Assembly (NCBI GenBank): GCA_051954615.1
Contig: JBQCHN010000096.1
Coordinates: 17,030 to 81,029, forward strand
DNA: 64,000 nt
From: Mesorhizobium sp.
GTDB lineage: Bacteria; Pseudomonadota; Alphaproteobacteria; Rhizobiales; Rhizobiaceae
Direction of reading: 5' to 3'
A program made the position numbers and the translations under genes. Position 1 is the stretch's first letter. Each line of letters begins with the position of its first letter. Below the pieces are notes generated by a model. That model was not told where the DNA came from. It did not search any database and saw nothing but the letters and a program-made list of their open reading frames with translations. This document shows positions 33,218 through 42,082 of the stretch, piece by piece.

Positions 33218-34318
33218 ATGACTGCTGTCGAACTTCGACATGTTTTCAAAAGCTTCGGACAGTTCGAGGCCGTGAAGGGCGTCGACCTGAAAATTGCCGA
33301 TGGAGCGTTCGTCAGTCTGCTAGGCCCCTCGGGATGCGGCAAGACCACGATCCTGCGAATGATCGCCGGTCTGGAAGAGCCGAGCTCGGGGGACATCTTC
33401 ATCAAGGGCCGACGCGTTACCGATGTTGCCGTTCACAAGCGCAACATCGGCTTCGTGTTCCAGAACTACGCGCTTTTCCCGCACAAGACCATTTTCGACA
33501 ACGTCGCGTTCGGCCTGCGCTATCGCAACGTTTCGCGCGAGGTTGTTCGCGAGAAGGTCCGCAAGGCCTGCGAGATGGTCAAGTTGCCGAATGTGGGGGA
33601 GCGCCTTCCCTCACAGCTTTCCGGCGGGCAGCAACAGCGCATCGCGCTGGCACGCGCTATCGTCATAGAGCCCGACGTACTTCTGCTCGACGAGCCGCTT
33701 TCAGCGCTCGACGCGTCGCTGCGGGCGCAGATGCGCACTGAAATCAGGCGCCTGCAACGTGAACTGGGCATCACGGCGATCTTCGTCACCCATGACCAGG
33801 AAGAGGCCCTGTCGATGTCGGACGACATCGTTATTCTCGACCAGGGCCTGGTGCAGCAGGTCGGTACGCCGAAAGAAGTCTATCGCGTGCCTGAGACTCG
33901 TTTCGTAGCGGAGTTCCTCGGCCAATCGAATATCTTGCCTGCAAGCTACACAGCTGCGGGGGAGGGGTACGGACGGGCTCGCTTGGAAGACGGTGCGACG
34001 TTGGACGTTTCGGCCGCCGAAGACCGGTCTTTTGCAGGTCCGGTCAGCGTGGTCATCCGTTCGCAGCGGATCGGCATTCATGCTGCCGCACCACAGGCCG
34101 TCCAAGGCGTGAACGTCAGGCGCGGCGTCGTGCGGGAGCTGAGCTTTCTGGGCAACGACGCCTCCTATCTCGTCGAGGTCGGTACCCTTCTTTTCCATGT
34201 CGTGCATGCAGTCGATGAGGATCCGATAGAGGAAGGCAGCGATGTCTGGCTCACGATCCGTCAATCGGAGTGCATGCTTCTGGACGCCCAAGGCAAGCGC
34301 GTCCCGCAAGTCTCCTGA
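33218..34318 (+). CDS. ABC transporter ATP-binding protein (PotA-like)
   Basis: [39 protein letters not shown] 33218 gives a normal N-terminus. Confidence 0.9.
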   Translation: MTAVELRHVFKSFGQFEAVKGVDLKIADGAFVSLLGPSGCGKTTILRMIAGLEEPSSGDIFIKGRRVTDVAVHKRNIGFVFQNYALFPHKTIFDNVAFGLRYRNVSREVVREKVRKACEMVKLPNVGERLPSQLSGGQQQRIALARAIVIEPDVLLLDEPLSALDASLRAQMRTEIRRLQRELGITAIFVTHDQEEALSMSDDIVILDQGLVQQVGTPKEVYRVPETRFVAEFLGQSNILPASYTAAGEGYGRARLEDGATLDVSAAEDRSFAGPVSVVIRSQRIGIHAAAPQAVQGVNVRRGVVRELSFLGNDASYLVEVGTLLFHVVHAVDEDPIEEGSDVWLTIRQSECMLLDAQGKRVPQVS

Positions 34319-34333
34319 AACGCCGTCAACTGG

Positions 34334-35212
34334 TTGATTGAAGTCAAGGAAAATAGAATGCATATCCTTCCGGGCGTCCTGACGCGAGAAGATCCGAGCG
34401 ACAATCCGGTACCGCTTATCTTCGATGTGCCGCGCAGCGGCTGCCACTACCCGAACGACTTCAGCCCCGTGGCTCCGTTCCGCGCCATCCACGAATGGGT
34501 TTCCAAGCATGTCGATGACCTGTACGGCCTTGCCCCGCAGCACGGCGCCACGCTGCTCGTTGCCAGTTTCGCCAACGCATATATCGATGCCAACCGCAGC
34601 CTTTCCGATATTGATCCGGACCTGATCGATGGCGTCTGGCCGGAACCGCTGGAGCCCAGCGACAAGTCCGCGAGGCTGGGCATCGGTTTGATCCACAAGG
34701 TCTGTGCGGGCGACATCCCGCTCTATGACCGCAAGCTGTCCATCGCGGAAGTTCAGCATCGGATCGAGAATTACTACAAGCCCTATCATTCAGAGCTTGG
34801 CGCGCTCATCCAGCGTGGCCTGGACCAGCATGGCGCGGCTTGGCATCTGAGCTGCCACTGCATGGCGACGATCGGTCCCGACTACGCCCACGACAAGGGC
34901 AAGCGCCGCGCCGATTTCTGCATCAGCGACCGCGACGGAACCACTTCGAATGCGGAGTTCCTCGACGTCGTCGTCAATGCCTTCCGCGAACTCGGCTACA
35001 GCGTTTCGGTCAACGACCCCTTCAAGGGAGCCGATTCCATACGAAGGCATGGCAATCCGGCCGGCGGCGTGAACAGCCTCCAGATCGAGATGGTCAAGGG
35101 CCTCTACATGCAGGACGACAATTTCAACAAGTCGGCCGACTACGATCGCGTCCGGGAGGATCTCGGCAAGTTTGCAGCCACCGTGTCGGCATACGTCCGC
35201 AGCAAGATCTGA
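34334..35212 (+). CDS. N-formylglutamate amidohydrolase-family protein (copy 1)
   Basis: FGase-family pattern FDVPRSG..YPNDF...YIDANRS..DIDP...YYKPYH..RRADFCISDRDGTT. Confidence 0.8.
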   Translation: MIEVKENRMHILPGVLTREDPSDNPVPLIFDVPRSGCHYPNDFSPVAPFRAIHEWVSKHVDDLYGLAPQHGATLLVASFANAYIDANRSLSDIDPDLIDGVWPEPLEPSDKSARLGIGLIHKVCAGDIPLYDRKLSIAEVQHRIENYYKPYHSELGALIQRGLDQHGAAWHLSCHCMATIGPDYAHDKGKRRADFCISDRDGTTSNAEFLDVVVNAFRELGYSVSVNDPFKGADSIRRHGNPAGGVNSLQIEMVKGLYMQDDNFNKSADYDRVREDLGKFAATVSAYVRSKI

Positions 35213-35254
35213 CGCCAAGGGCGCAGCACCGGAATTTCATGGGGAGAAACGGAT

Positions 35255-35845
35255 ATGGAACGGATCAGGGCAGCGCACGGCAAGGCGTTCCGCATGAAGG
35301 CCGGGCAGAGACTCAAGATTGTCAGCGTCGGCGGGGCCCAGGTGGTCGATACCTGGGCATTCGACCCGACCGATCTCAACCATCGCATGTCGATGGAGAT
35401 ATCGCGGCGCTATCTCTACAAGCTGCGGCCGTCGGTGAGCGACATCATGCACACCAATTATCGCGTGCCGATCGTCAAGATCGTCGAGGATACCTCCGAT
35501 GGCATCCACGACACGCTGATCGCGCCGTGCGATGCGGCGACCTATGCCAAGCTCGGCGCGCCGGAGAGCCACCGCAGCTGTGCCGGCAACCTGCATGAGG
35601 CGCTGGCCGAAATCGGGGAAACCCTATCCTACACGCCCTGTGCGCTGAACCTGTTCATGAACGTGCCGGTGAGCAACAACATCGACATCGCCCTGGAGCC
35701 GTCGAAGGCTAAGCCCGGCGACTATGTCGTCCTCGAGGCGCTCATGGATGCCATCGTAGTTCTGTCGTCCTGCCCAATGGACATGGTCCCGACCAACAGC
35801 GCGGACTGCAAGCTCAGCGACCTCGACGTGGAGCTTATCGGCTGA
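35255..35845 (+). CDS. DUF1989 (urea-carboxylase-associated) family protein (copy 1)
   Basis: HGKAFRMKAGQRLKIVSVGGAQVVDTWAF...HDTLIAPCD...HRSCAGNLHEAL. Confidence 0.8.
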   Translation: MERIRAAHGKAFRMKAGQRLKIVSVGGAQVVDTWAFDPTDLNHRMSMEISRRYLYKLRPSVSDIMHTNYRVPIVKIVEDTSDGIHDTLIAPCDAATYAKLGAPESHRSCAGNLHEALAEIGETLSYTPCALNLFMNVPVSNNIDIALEPSKAKPGDYVVLEALMDAIVVLSSCPMDMVPTNSADCKLSDLDVELIG

Positions 35846-36741
35846 TGTTGCGGACAATGAGTGCCCATCCGCAGGGCCGCAAGGAAATTCGCGACGGCGT
35901 GTTCTTCCGCAGCGAACCTGTGTCGGATGAACTGCCGGTCCTGTTCGAATTGCCCCAGAGCGGCACGGTCTATCCCAACGACTTCTCGGCCTCCGCTCCG
36001 TTTTCGGACCTGCATTTCCTGATCTCGCCCTATGTCGAGGACCTGCTGGCTGGCGTTGTCGAAAGTGGATGCACGCTTTTGCAGGCGTTGTTTCCGATGA
36101 CCTACATCAATGCCAACAGAAGCCCTTCTGATATTGACGAGACCATCCTGGATGCACCTTGGCCCACGGGCGCCGAACCCTCGCCCAAGGTGGCGATCGG
36201 CATCGGCCTGATCCAGAAATGGGCACGACCCGGAGTGGCCATCTATGACCGTAAGCTGACGGTGGCCGAGATCCAGCACCGCATCGACACCTATTACGAG
36301 CCCTATCACCTGGAGATACAAAGCATCCTGTCCGGCTTCAGAACCCGTTTCGGCGGTGCATGGCACATCGATACGCACTGCATGGGCTCCTACGGGTCCT
36401 CCATGTCGCCCGACCCCGGCAGAAAGCGCGCGGATTTCTGCATCGGCGACCGCGACGGGACGACGAGCGATCCGGCATTCCGCGACTGCGTGGCCGGACT
36501 GCTGAAAGGAATGGGCTACTCTGTGAGCATCAACGACCCCTTCAAGGGCGTCGAGATCGTGCGCCGACACGGCCGCCCGTCCGAAGGCATTCACAGCATC
36601 CAGATGGAAATCGGCCGCGGCCTGTTTCTCGACGAGGCGAGCAATGAACCGTCCGACAACTACGGCAGGCTCGCGGCGGACATGAGCAGGCTGGCCGACG
36701 GCATCGCCGCCTTCGTGCGCGAACAGGTTTCGGTTGGGTGA
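35845..36741 (+). CDS. N-formylglutamate amidohydrolase-family protein (copy 2)
   Basis: Clear paralogue of 34334..35212: FELPQSG..YPNDF..YINANRS..YYEPYH..KRADFCIGDRDGTT. Confidence 0.8.
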   Translation: MLRTMSAHPQGRKEIRDGVFFRSEPVSDELPVLFELPQSGTVYPNDFSASAPFSDLHFLISPYVEDLLAGVVESGCTLLQALFPMTYINANRSPSDIDETILDAPWPTGAEPSPKVAIGIGLIQKWARPGVAIYDRKLTVAEIQHRIDTYYEPYHLEIQSILSGFRTRFGGAWHIDTHCMGSYGSSMSPDPGRKRADFCIGDRDGTTSDPAFRDCVAGLLKGMGYSVSINDPFKGVEIVRRHGRPSEGIHSIQMEIGRGLFLDEASNEPSDNYGRLAADMSRLADGIAAFVREQVSVG

Positions 36742-36785
36742 GCGCGCTTGGGAATGTCCTCGAACAATTGGAAGTGGTGGAATCC

Positions 36786-37373
36786 ATGAATGTCATCAAG
36801 GCGGGCTATGGCAAGGCGTTCCATGTCGACAAGGGGCAGAAGGTCAAGATCGTCAATGTGGAAGGCGAGCAATGCGTGGACATCTGGGCGTTCGACCGGA
36901 CCAATCTGTTTCATAATCTCTCGATGGAGCGGTCGCGGGTCTTCATGGAAAAGATCAGGCCCGCTGCCGGCGATGCACTTTACACCAACCTGCGCGAACC
37001 AATCTTCCGCATCGTCGAGGACACTTCGGTAGGGCACCACGACACGCTGATCATGGCGTGCGATTCCACGCTCTACGAAAAGCGCGGCTTGAAGAACCAC
37101 CGGAGCTGCACCCAGAACCTCCACGAGGCGCTCGCGGAGATCGGCGAATCGCTGCCCTACACGCCCGGGCCGCTCAATCTCTTCGCCAATATCGTGGTGG
37201 AGGACGGGTTGCGAATGACCATCCGGCCCTGCGTGGCGCGCCCCGGCGACTACGTGCTGGTGGAGGTCTTGATGGACGCGATCGTGGCGCTGTCCTCATG
37301 TCCGTGCGACGTGGCTCCGGTCAACGCGGCCGACGGAACCATTCATGACATCGCCTATGAAGTTCTTGACTGA
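36786..37373 (+). CDS. DUF1989 family protein (copy 2)
   Basis: Paralogue of 35255..35845: YGKAFHVDKGQKVKIVNVEGEQCVDIWAF..HRSCTQNLHEAL. Confidence 0.8.
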   Translation: MNVIKAGYGKAFHVDKGQKVKIVNVEGEQCVDIWAFDRTNLFHNLSMERSRVFMEKIRPAAGDALYTNLREPIFRIVEDTSVGHHDTLIMACDSTLYEKRGLKNHRSCTQNLHEALAEIGESLPYTPGPLNLFANIVVEDGLRMTIRPCVARPGDYVLVEVLMDAIVALSSCPCDVAPVNAADGTIHDIAYEVLD

Positions 37374-37444
37374 GACATGCCCGATGCCGGCGCAGTCCGG
37401 CCCGACCGTATCGTTTCCCTTCTCAGCACAGTGAGGAATTACCC

Positions 37445-37696
37445 ATGTATTTTACTGCCCGAATCCGCGCCCGGACCGTTCACCTCGGCTACGATGAGAA
37501 CGGCGAGCTCGTTACCCACGACCTCAACAAGAAGGAATTCGTCGAGAAGGTGATCAAGCTCGACCGCATCCTGTCCTTCACGGACGATCATCTGTTCGTT
37601 GCCTGTCCGCACGACACGGTTCAGGTCTGGGACTACGAGGGCGATCTGACGGCAGTCAAGGAACACCTCAATGCAAGGGGCCTCTTGCTCGCATGA
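37445..37696 (+). CDS. small hypothetical protein (83 aa)
   Basis: ATG ORF filling an otherwise empty gap, with GAGGA 8 nt upstream. No recognisable motif. Confidence 0.45.
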   Translation: MYFTARIRARTVHLGYDENGELVTHDLNKKEFVEKVIKLDRILSFTDDHLFVACPHDTVQVWDYEGDLTAVKEHLNARGLLLA

Positions 37697-37713
37697 AAGG
37701 CAGGTGACCCATC

Positions 37714-38190
37714 GTGGCTGATGCCCTGACGATAGGCTTGACAGTCAACGGACGCGGCGTGGAGGTCGAGATTGATCCTCGCCGGAGCCTTCTCGACCTG
37801 TTGCGCGAAAACCTTGGCCTGACCGGAACCAAGAAGGGCTGCGACCATGGTCAGTGTGGGGCCTGCACCGTTCATGTCGACGGCGAGAGGCGCCTTTCCT
37901 GCCTGCAGTTCGCCGCGCAGATGGGGGGACGTTCCGTCACCACCATCGAGGGCGTCACCGGCGACAACGGTGAATTGCACCCGCTCCAGAAGGCCTTTGT
38001 GCAGCACGACGCCCTGCAGTGCGGGTTCTGCACGCCTGGCCAGATCATGTCCGCCCTGGCGCTGCTGAAGGAAGGATGCCCGACGGACGCCGCCGGGGTT
38101 CGCGAACTGATGAGCGGAAACATCTGCCGTTGCGGCGCCTACGAGAACATCGTCAAGGCGGTGCAGGAGGTCGCTGATGGCCTCCGTTGA
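37714..38190 (+). CDS. molybdenum hydroxylase small subunit, [2Fe-2S]-binding (CoxS/XdhC-iron-sulfur type)
   Basis: GCDHGQCGACTVHVDG and CGFCTPG motifs. Confidence 0.9.
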   Translation: MADALTIGLTVNGRGVEVEIDPRRSLLDLLRENLGLTGTKKGCDHGQCGACTVHVDGERRLSCLQFAAQMGGRSVTTIEGVTGDNGELHPLQKAFVQHDALQCGFCTPGQIMSALALLKEGCPTDAAGVRELMSGNICRCGAYENIVKAVQEVADGLR

Positions 38191-39154
38191 GTGGGTTCGC
38201 CCCGAGTCGGTCGAAACGGCTCTGGCGGCGCTCGCCGACCGGGCAGGTCAGGCGGTCGCCGGGGGAACGACACTGCTCGACCTTCTCAAGATGGGCCACC
38301 GGCTGCCCGAACGATTTGTCGACATCAGCCGACTGCCGCTCGACCAGATCGTGGAAACGCCGGGCTCGTTCACGGTGGGGGCGCTTGTCTCGAACACGGC
38401 CCTCGCCAATCACGCGGTCGTTCGCGCAGCGTTTCCGGTGATTTCGGAAGCTATCCTGTCCGGCGCCTCGCAGCAGATTCGCAATGCGGCGACGGTCGGC
38501 GGCAACATCATGCAGGCCGTGCGGTGTCCCTATTTCAGATCGACGGACTGGCCATGCAACCTGCGCTCTCCCGGCTCCGGCTGCGAAGCGATGAGGGTAC
38601 CGCTCCACAGCCATGCCATACTGGGCACCACCGCCGATTGCATCGCCGTCCAACCGTCCGACATGGCCGTGGCTCTGCTGGCGCTCGATGCAATCGTCCA
38701 CATGCGCACGGCGGTCGCCGCCTGGACGATCCCGCTGTCCGAATTCTACCTTGAACCGGGACGGGGAGGGGAGGCACGCACCGCCCTGCCGCGCGACGCC
38801 CTTGTCACGGCCATCGAGATTCCGCGCCCGGTGTCCGCGATCCGGTCCGGTTATCTCAAATTGCGGGGGCGTGCGTCCTACGAGTTCGCCACGGCTTCCG
38901 TGGCGGCGGTCCTGCTTTACCGGAACGAGCGGGTCGAAGCCATTTCCGTCGGCCTTGGCGGCGTTGCCACCAGACCGTGGCGGCGACAGGACGCCGAACG
39001 CCTGCTGGTGGGGCGGAAACTGGACGAAGGTTCGATCGATCGCTTCTGCGATGCCTTGCTGGATGATGCGGACGTCCGGCCAGAAACCGGGCATAAGCTT
39101 GCGTTGGCCCGCGGGGCTGTTCATCGCATTTTGCGGAGCTTGGCTGCGTCATGA
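38177..39154 (+). CDS. molybdenum hydroxylase FAD-binding medium subunit (CoxM-like)
   Basis: AGGTTLLDLLK and RNAATVGGNI patterns. The gene sits between the small and large subunits. Confidence 0.85.
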   Translation: MASVEWVRPESVETALAALADRAGQAVAGGTTLLDLLKMGHRLPERFVDISRLPLDQIVETPGSFTVGALVSNTALANHAVVRAAFPVISEAILSGASQQIRNAATVGGNIMQAVRCPYFRSTDWPCNLRSPGSGCEAMRVPLHSHAILGTTADCIAVQPSDMAVALLALDAIVHMRTAVAAWTIPLSEFYLEPGRGGEARTALPRDALVTAIEIPRPVSAIRSGYLKLRGRASYEFATASVAAVLLYRNERVEAISVGLGGVATRPWRRQDAERLLVGRKLDEGSIDRFCDALLDDADVRPETGHKLALARGAVHRILRSLAAS

Positions 39155-41340
39155 GCCAGACGGAAAGCGCCCCCAATCGCGTCGATGCGATTGTCAAGGT
39201 CAGCGGGGCGGCCCGCTATGCGGCGGACGCCAGGCCGGCCGGAATGCTCTTTGCGCTGGCGTTGCGCTCACCTGCCGCCCGCGGCCGCATCAAGGCTTTC
39301 CGTCTCGATGCGGCAAGGAACCTCCCAGGCGTCCGTGCCATCTTCACGCATGAGGACCGCGACCGGCTCGGCTGGGGGAGCTCCCCGGAGGTGGACGCTC
39401 TCAGCGGGGAAGCGCTGGGGCGAGCCGCCATGGCGGATGCAGCCTCGCAACTGCCGGCCTACCGGCCACTTCTCGATGCGGAGATTTTCTTTGCCGGGCA
39501 ATGGATTGCAATCGTTGTTGCGGAGCAACTGGAGCAGGCCCGGGCGGCCCTGAACGCCATCGAGGTCGATATCGAACGGTCGGAGGCGGAACGACCGGAC
39601 GCCGTGCTGCCAGGCCCGTTCTTCGCCGGCGACATGCAGCACGCGCGGGACGATCAGACGGACGCGGGTCCCGAGGCCGTCCACATGAAGGCGACCTATT
39701 CTACGCCGCCGCAACTGCACCATCCGATGGAACCTTCCGCGACCACCGCGGTCTGGGATGGCGACCGCGTGACCTTGTATGATTCCACGCAAGGAACCCA
39801 AGCGACCCGCGACTATGTCGCCAGAAGCCTCGGCATCGAACCGGACAAGGTTCGGGTGCTGTCCCCGTATGTCGGAGGCGGATTCGGTTCGAAGAACCAG
39901 ATCTGGCCACATCAGGCGCTTGCCGCCCACATGGCGCGCGCCCTTGCTAGGCCGGTGCGCCTCCAACTGACGCGGCCGGACATGGGCGTCGCTTCGGGCT
40001 ATCGCAGCGAGACCATTCAGGAGGTGGAACTGGCTGCGGACGCGCTGGGCCGGCTCAAGCTGCTTCGCCACGTCAGCACGATGCCGACTTCGCTGCGTGG
40101 CGGCTTTTTCGAGCCCTGCGGGCTGAATTCCCTGATGCTTTACAAGGCTGATCGCATCGAGGTGAGCCATCGCGTCGAGCGGCGTGCGGTCGCGACGCCG
40201 ACCCCCTTTCGGGCGCCCGGTGAAACGCCCGGCTCGTTTGCCCTGGAAACGGCGCTGGACGAGCTTGCCGTCCGGCTGCGCATGAGCCCGATAGACCTGC
40301 GCATCAGCAACCATGCGGAGATGGATCTCTATCACCAGCGCCCGTGGTCCTCGAACAACCTCCTGGAATGCTACCGACAGGGAGCCGAACGGTTCGGCTG
40401 GCCGGCCGGCTATATCGAGCCCCGCTCGATGACCCGGGGCGACCTGAGGATCGGTTTCGGCATGGCGACGACGGCCTATCCGGCGCCCGCGCTGCCGGCG
40501 AGCGTGCGCCTCGTCCTGCGCATGGGCTCGGCTCTGCTTGTCGAAACGTCGGCTACCGACATCGGCACCGGCTTGCGCACGATCCTCACCCAGACCGTTG
40601 CGGAAGGCCTTGGCATCGACACGGACCGGATCGAGGTCAGGCTCGGGGACTCGTCCCTGCCCAACGCCCCCACGGCGGGACGCTCCAAGCTAACGGCCAG
40701 CGTCCTTCCCGCCGCCGCGCAGGCCTGCCGGCTGCTTTTGCGGGAACTGGAATGCATCGATCCCGTGCCGGCCGGCGACAATGCTACCGGCCCTTTCGAG
40801 CGACTGGAGCGTTGCGGCCGGCGGGAGATCGTCGTTGAAGCGAGATCGACAGGCCTGCCTAGGGATGTCCCGCTCAGCTTCTATTCCTTCGGCGCCCATT
40901 TCGTAAAAGTCGAGATCGACGAACTCATCGGCCGGCTTCGCGTGAAAAGGATCGTGAGCGCTCTGGATTGCGGCCATATCGTCAACCGGAAACTGGCCGA
41001 AAGTCAGATCCGCGGCGGCATCATTTTTGGAATTGGCATGGCGCTGATGGAGGATGCCGGCCGGCGGACCGAAGACCTGCGACTGCTCAACGATAACCTT
41101 GCCGATTATGCAGTGCCGGTTCACGCGGATATTCCGCCGATCGAGGTCCTTTTCCTCGAAAAGCCGGATCCGGCGATCAGCGATATCGGCGCCCGAGGGA
41201 TTGGGGAGATCGGCCTGCCGGGCTTGGCGGCGGCGATCGGCAATGCGGTGTTCAACGCCGTCGGCCGGCGTTGCCGGTCACTGCCTATTCCGCTGGCAAC
41301 GCTCGCCGCACGACCCCCGCGCTTCGATGTCGAGCAATAA
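39151..41340 (+). CDS. molybdopterin-binding large subunit (aldehyde oxidase/xanthine dehydrogenase family)
   Basis: 729 aa with YVGGGFGSK and typical a/b-hammerhead and MoCo-binding segments. Confidence 0.88.
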   Translation: MSQTESAPNRVDAIVKVSGAARYAADARPAGMLFALALRSPAARGRIKAFRLDAARNLPGVRAIFTHEDRDRLGWGSSPEVDALSGEALGRAAMADAASQLPAYRPLLDAEIFFAGQWIAIVVAEQLEQARAALNAIEVDIERSEAERPDAVLPGPFFAGDMQHARDDQTDAGPEAVHMKATYSTPPQLHHPMEPSATTAVWDGDRVTLYDSTQGTQATRDYVARSLGIEPDKVRVLSPYVGGGFGSKNQIWPHQALAAHMARALARPVRLQLTRPDMGVASGYRSETIQEVELAADALGRLKLLRHVSTMPTSLRGGFFEPCGLNSLMLYKADRIEVSHRVERRAVATPTPFRAPGETPGSFALETALDELAVRLRMSPIDLRISNHAEMDLYHQRPWSSNNLLECYRQGAERFGWPAGYIEPRSMTRGDLRIGFGMATTAYPAPALPASVRLVLRMGSALLVETSATDIGTGLRTILTQTVAEGLGIDTDRIEVRLGDSSLPNAPTAGRSKLTASVLPAAAQACRLLLRELECIDPVPAGDNATGPFERLERCGRREIVVEARSTGLPRDVPLSFYSFGAHFVKVEIDELIGRLRVKRIVSALDCGHIVNRKLAESQIRGGIIFGIGMALMEDAGRRTEDLRLLNDNLADYAVPVHADIPPIEVLFLEKPDPAISDIGARGIGEIGLPGLAAAIGNAVFNAVGRRCRSLPIPLATLAARPPRFDVEQ

Positions 41341-41358
41341 ATGGACGACCTGGCAGAA

Positions 41359-41560
41359 GAGTTCTGTTGCAAACTTCTGTCATAGTGCACGATGATTGTT
41401 GCCTTCACGGATTTCAGGCGGCGATTGCCTCGAATTGTTCCTTGAGAGAGCAGATGCCGGATTGAGCGCGAAGCGGCTCTGGCACTTGCGCATGATGTTA
41501 GCCATCTCAACGCCAGACAGCGTGACGGCTGCCGACGAGAACGACTTGAAGCCCAGGTGG
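41359..41560 (-). mobile_element. IS6-family remnant: terminal inverted repeat plus last about 45 codons of transposase
   Basis: GAGTTCTGTTGCAAACTTCTG (41359-41379) resembles IS6/IS26-type IRs (GG.(A/T)CTGTTGCAAA). The minus-strand translation HLGFKSFSSAAVTLSGVEMANIMRKCQ matches the IS6 transposase C-terminus. Confidence 0.6.
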
Positions 41561-41674
41561 TAGTGACGAATCCTCCTAGATGACGGAGTAAATTGGGCCG
41601 ACGAGAAAAATAAAATCGAAGACGAAAAGCCTACCGCGCTACCCTGGCTTCGGATTCCGAAGCGCGCAGACGTT

Positions 41675-42022
41675 TCAATAACTCACTCTCTTCGTATCTG
41701 GGACTGGTCGCCGGTTCTTCGATCTGACTCGATCGAATAGTTCATTGTAAACTCGAGTTCTATTCCGGCAAGCACGGTCCCAAGGGTCCAGTAACCAAAA
41801 GGCGGCTTCTCCAAAGTAGCCTTTTGGCGTTTCTGGCTCGTTGTCCCCTCGCGCTTGTGCTTTCTTTGCGCAGTAAGGATTCGCGGAGCAGTTCTCGAAT
41901 TCATCCGCGAACACAATGTCAAAACGATCCGATAGCTCTGCCGTGAGGGGCTTAGCGGCGAAGTGAATCGCTTTTCTTTGGCTAGTTGAGGCACTCGTGC
42001 TTGGCATATCTTGGAGAAACAA
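41675..42022 (-). CDS. hypothetical protein (115 aa), visibly lower-GC patch
   Basis: Only a plausible ORF in the 41.56-42.08 kb gap, with no motif. It may be a remnant. Confidence 0.3.
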   Translation of the reverse strand: MFLQDMPSTSASTSQRKAIHFAAKPLTAELSDRFDIVFADEFENCSANPYCAKKAQARGDNEPETPKGYFGEAAFWLLDPWDRACRNRTRVYNELFDRVRSKNRRPVPDTKRVSY

Positions 42023-42082
42023 AGGTTAGGTGAATCACTTCCAATTTGCCCCTACAAGACCCTCTTGTATGGGCGCGATTGT

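Noticed and set aside
31686-40335. Long antisense or alternate-frame ORFs in the high-GC catabolic region: 31686..32705, 33701..34789, 35722..36594, 38153..39124 and 39268..40335 (all minus strand), plus 38613..39353 (+) and 34840..35598 (+)
   Set aside because: Each overlaps a motif-bearing gene on the other strand or in another frame. They are rich in Arg/Pro/Gly/Ala, as is typical of GC-driven shadow ORFs.
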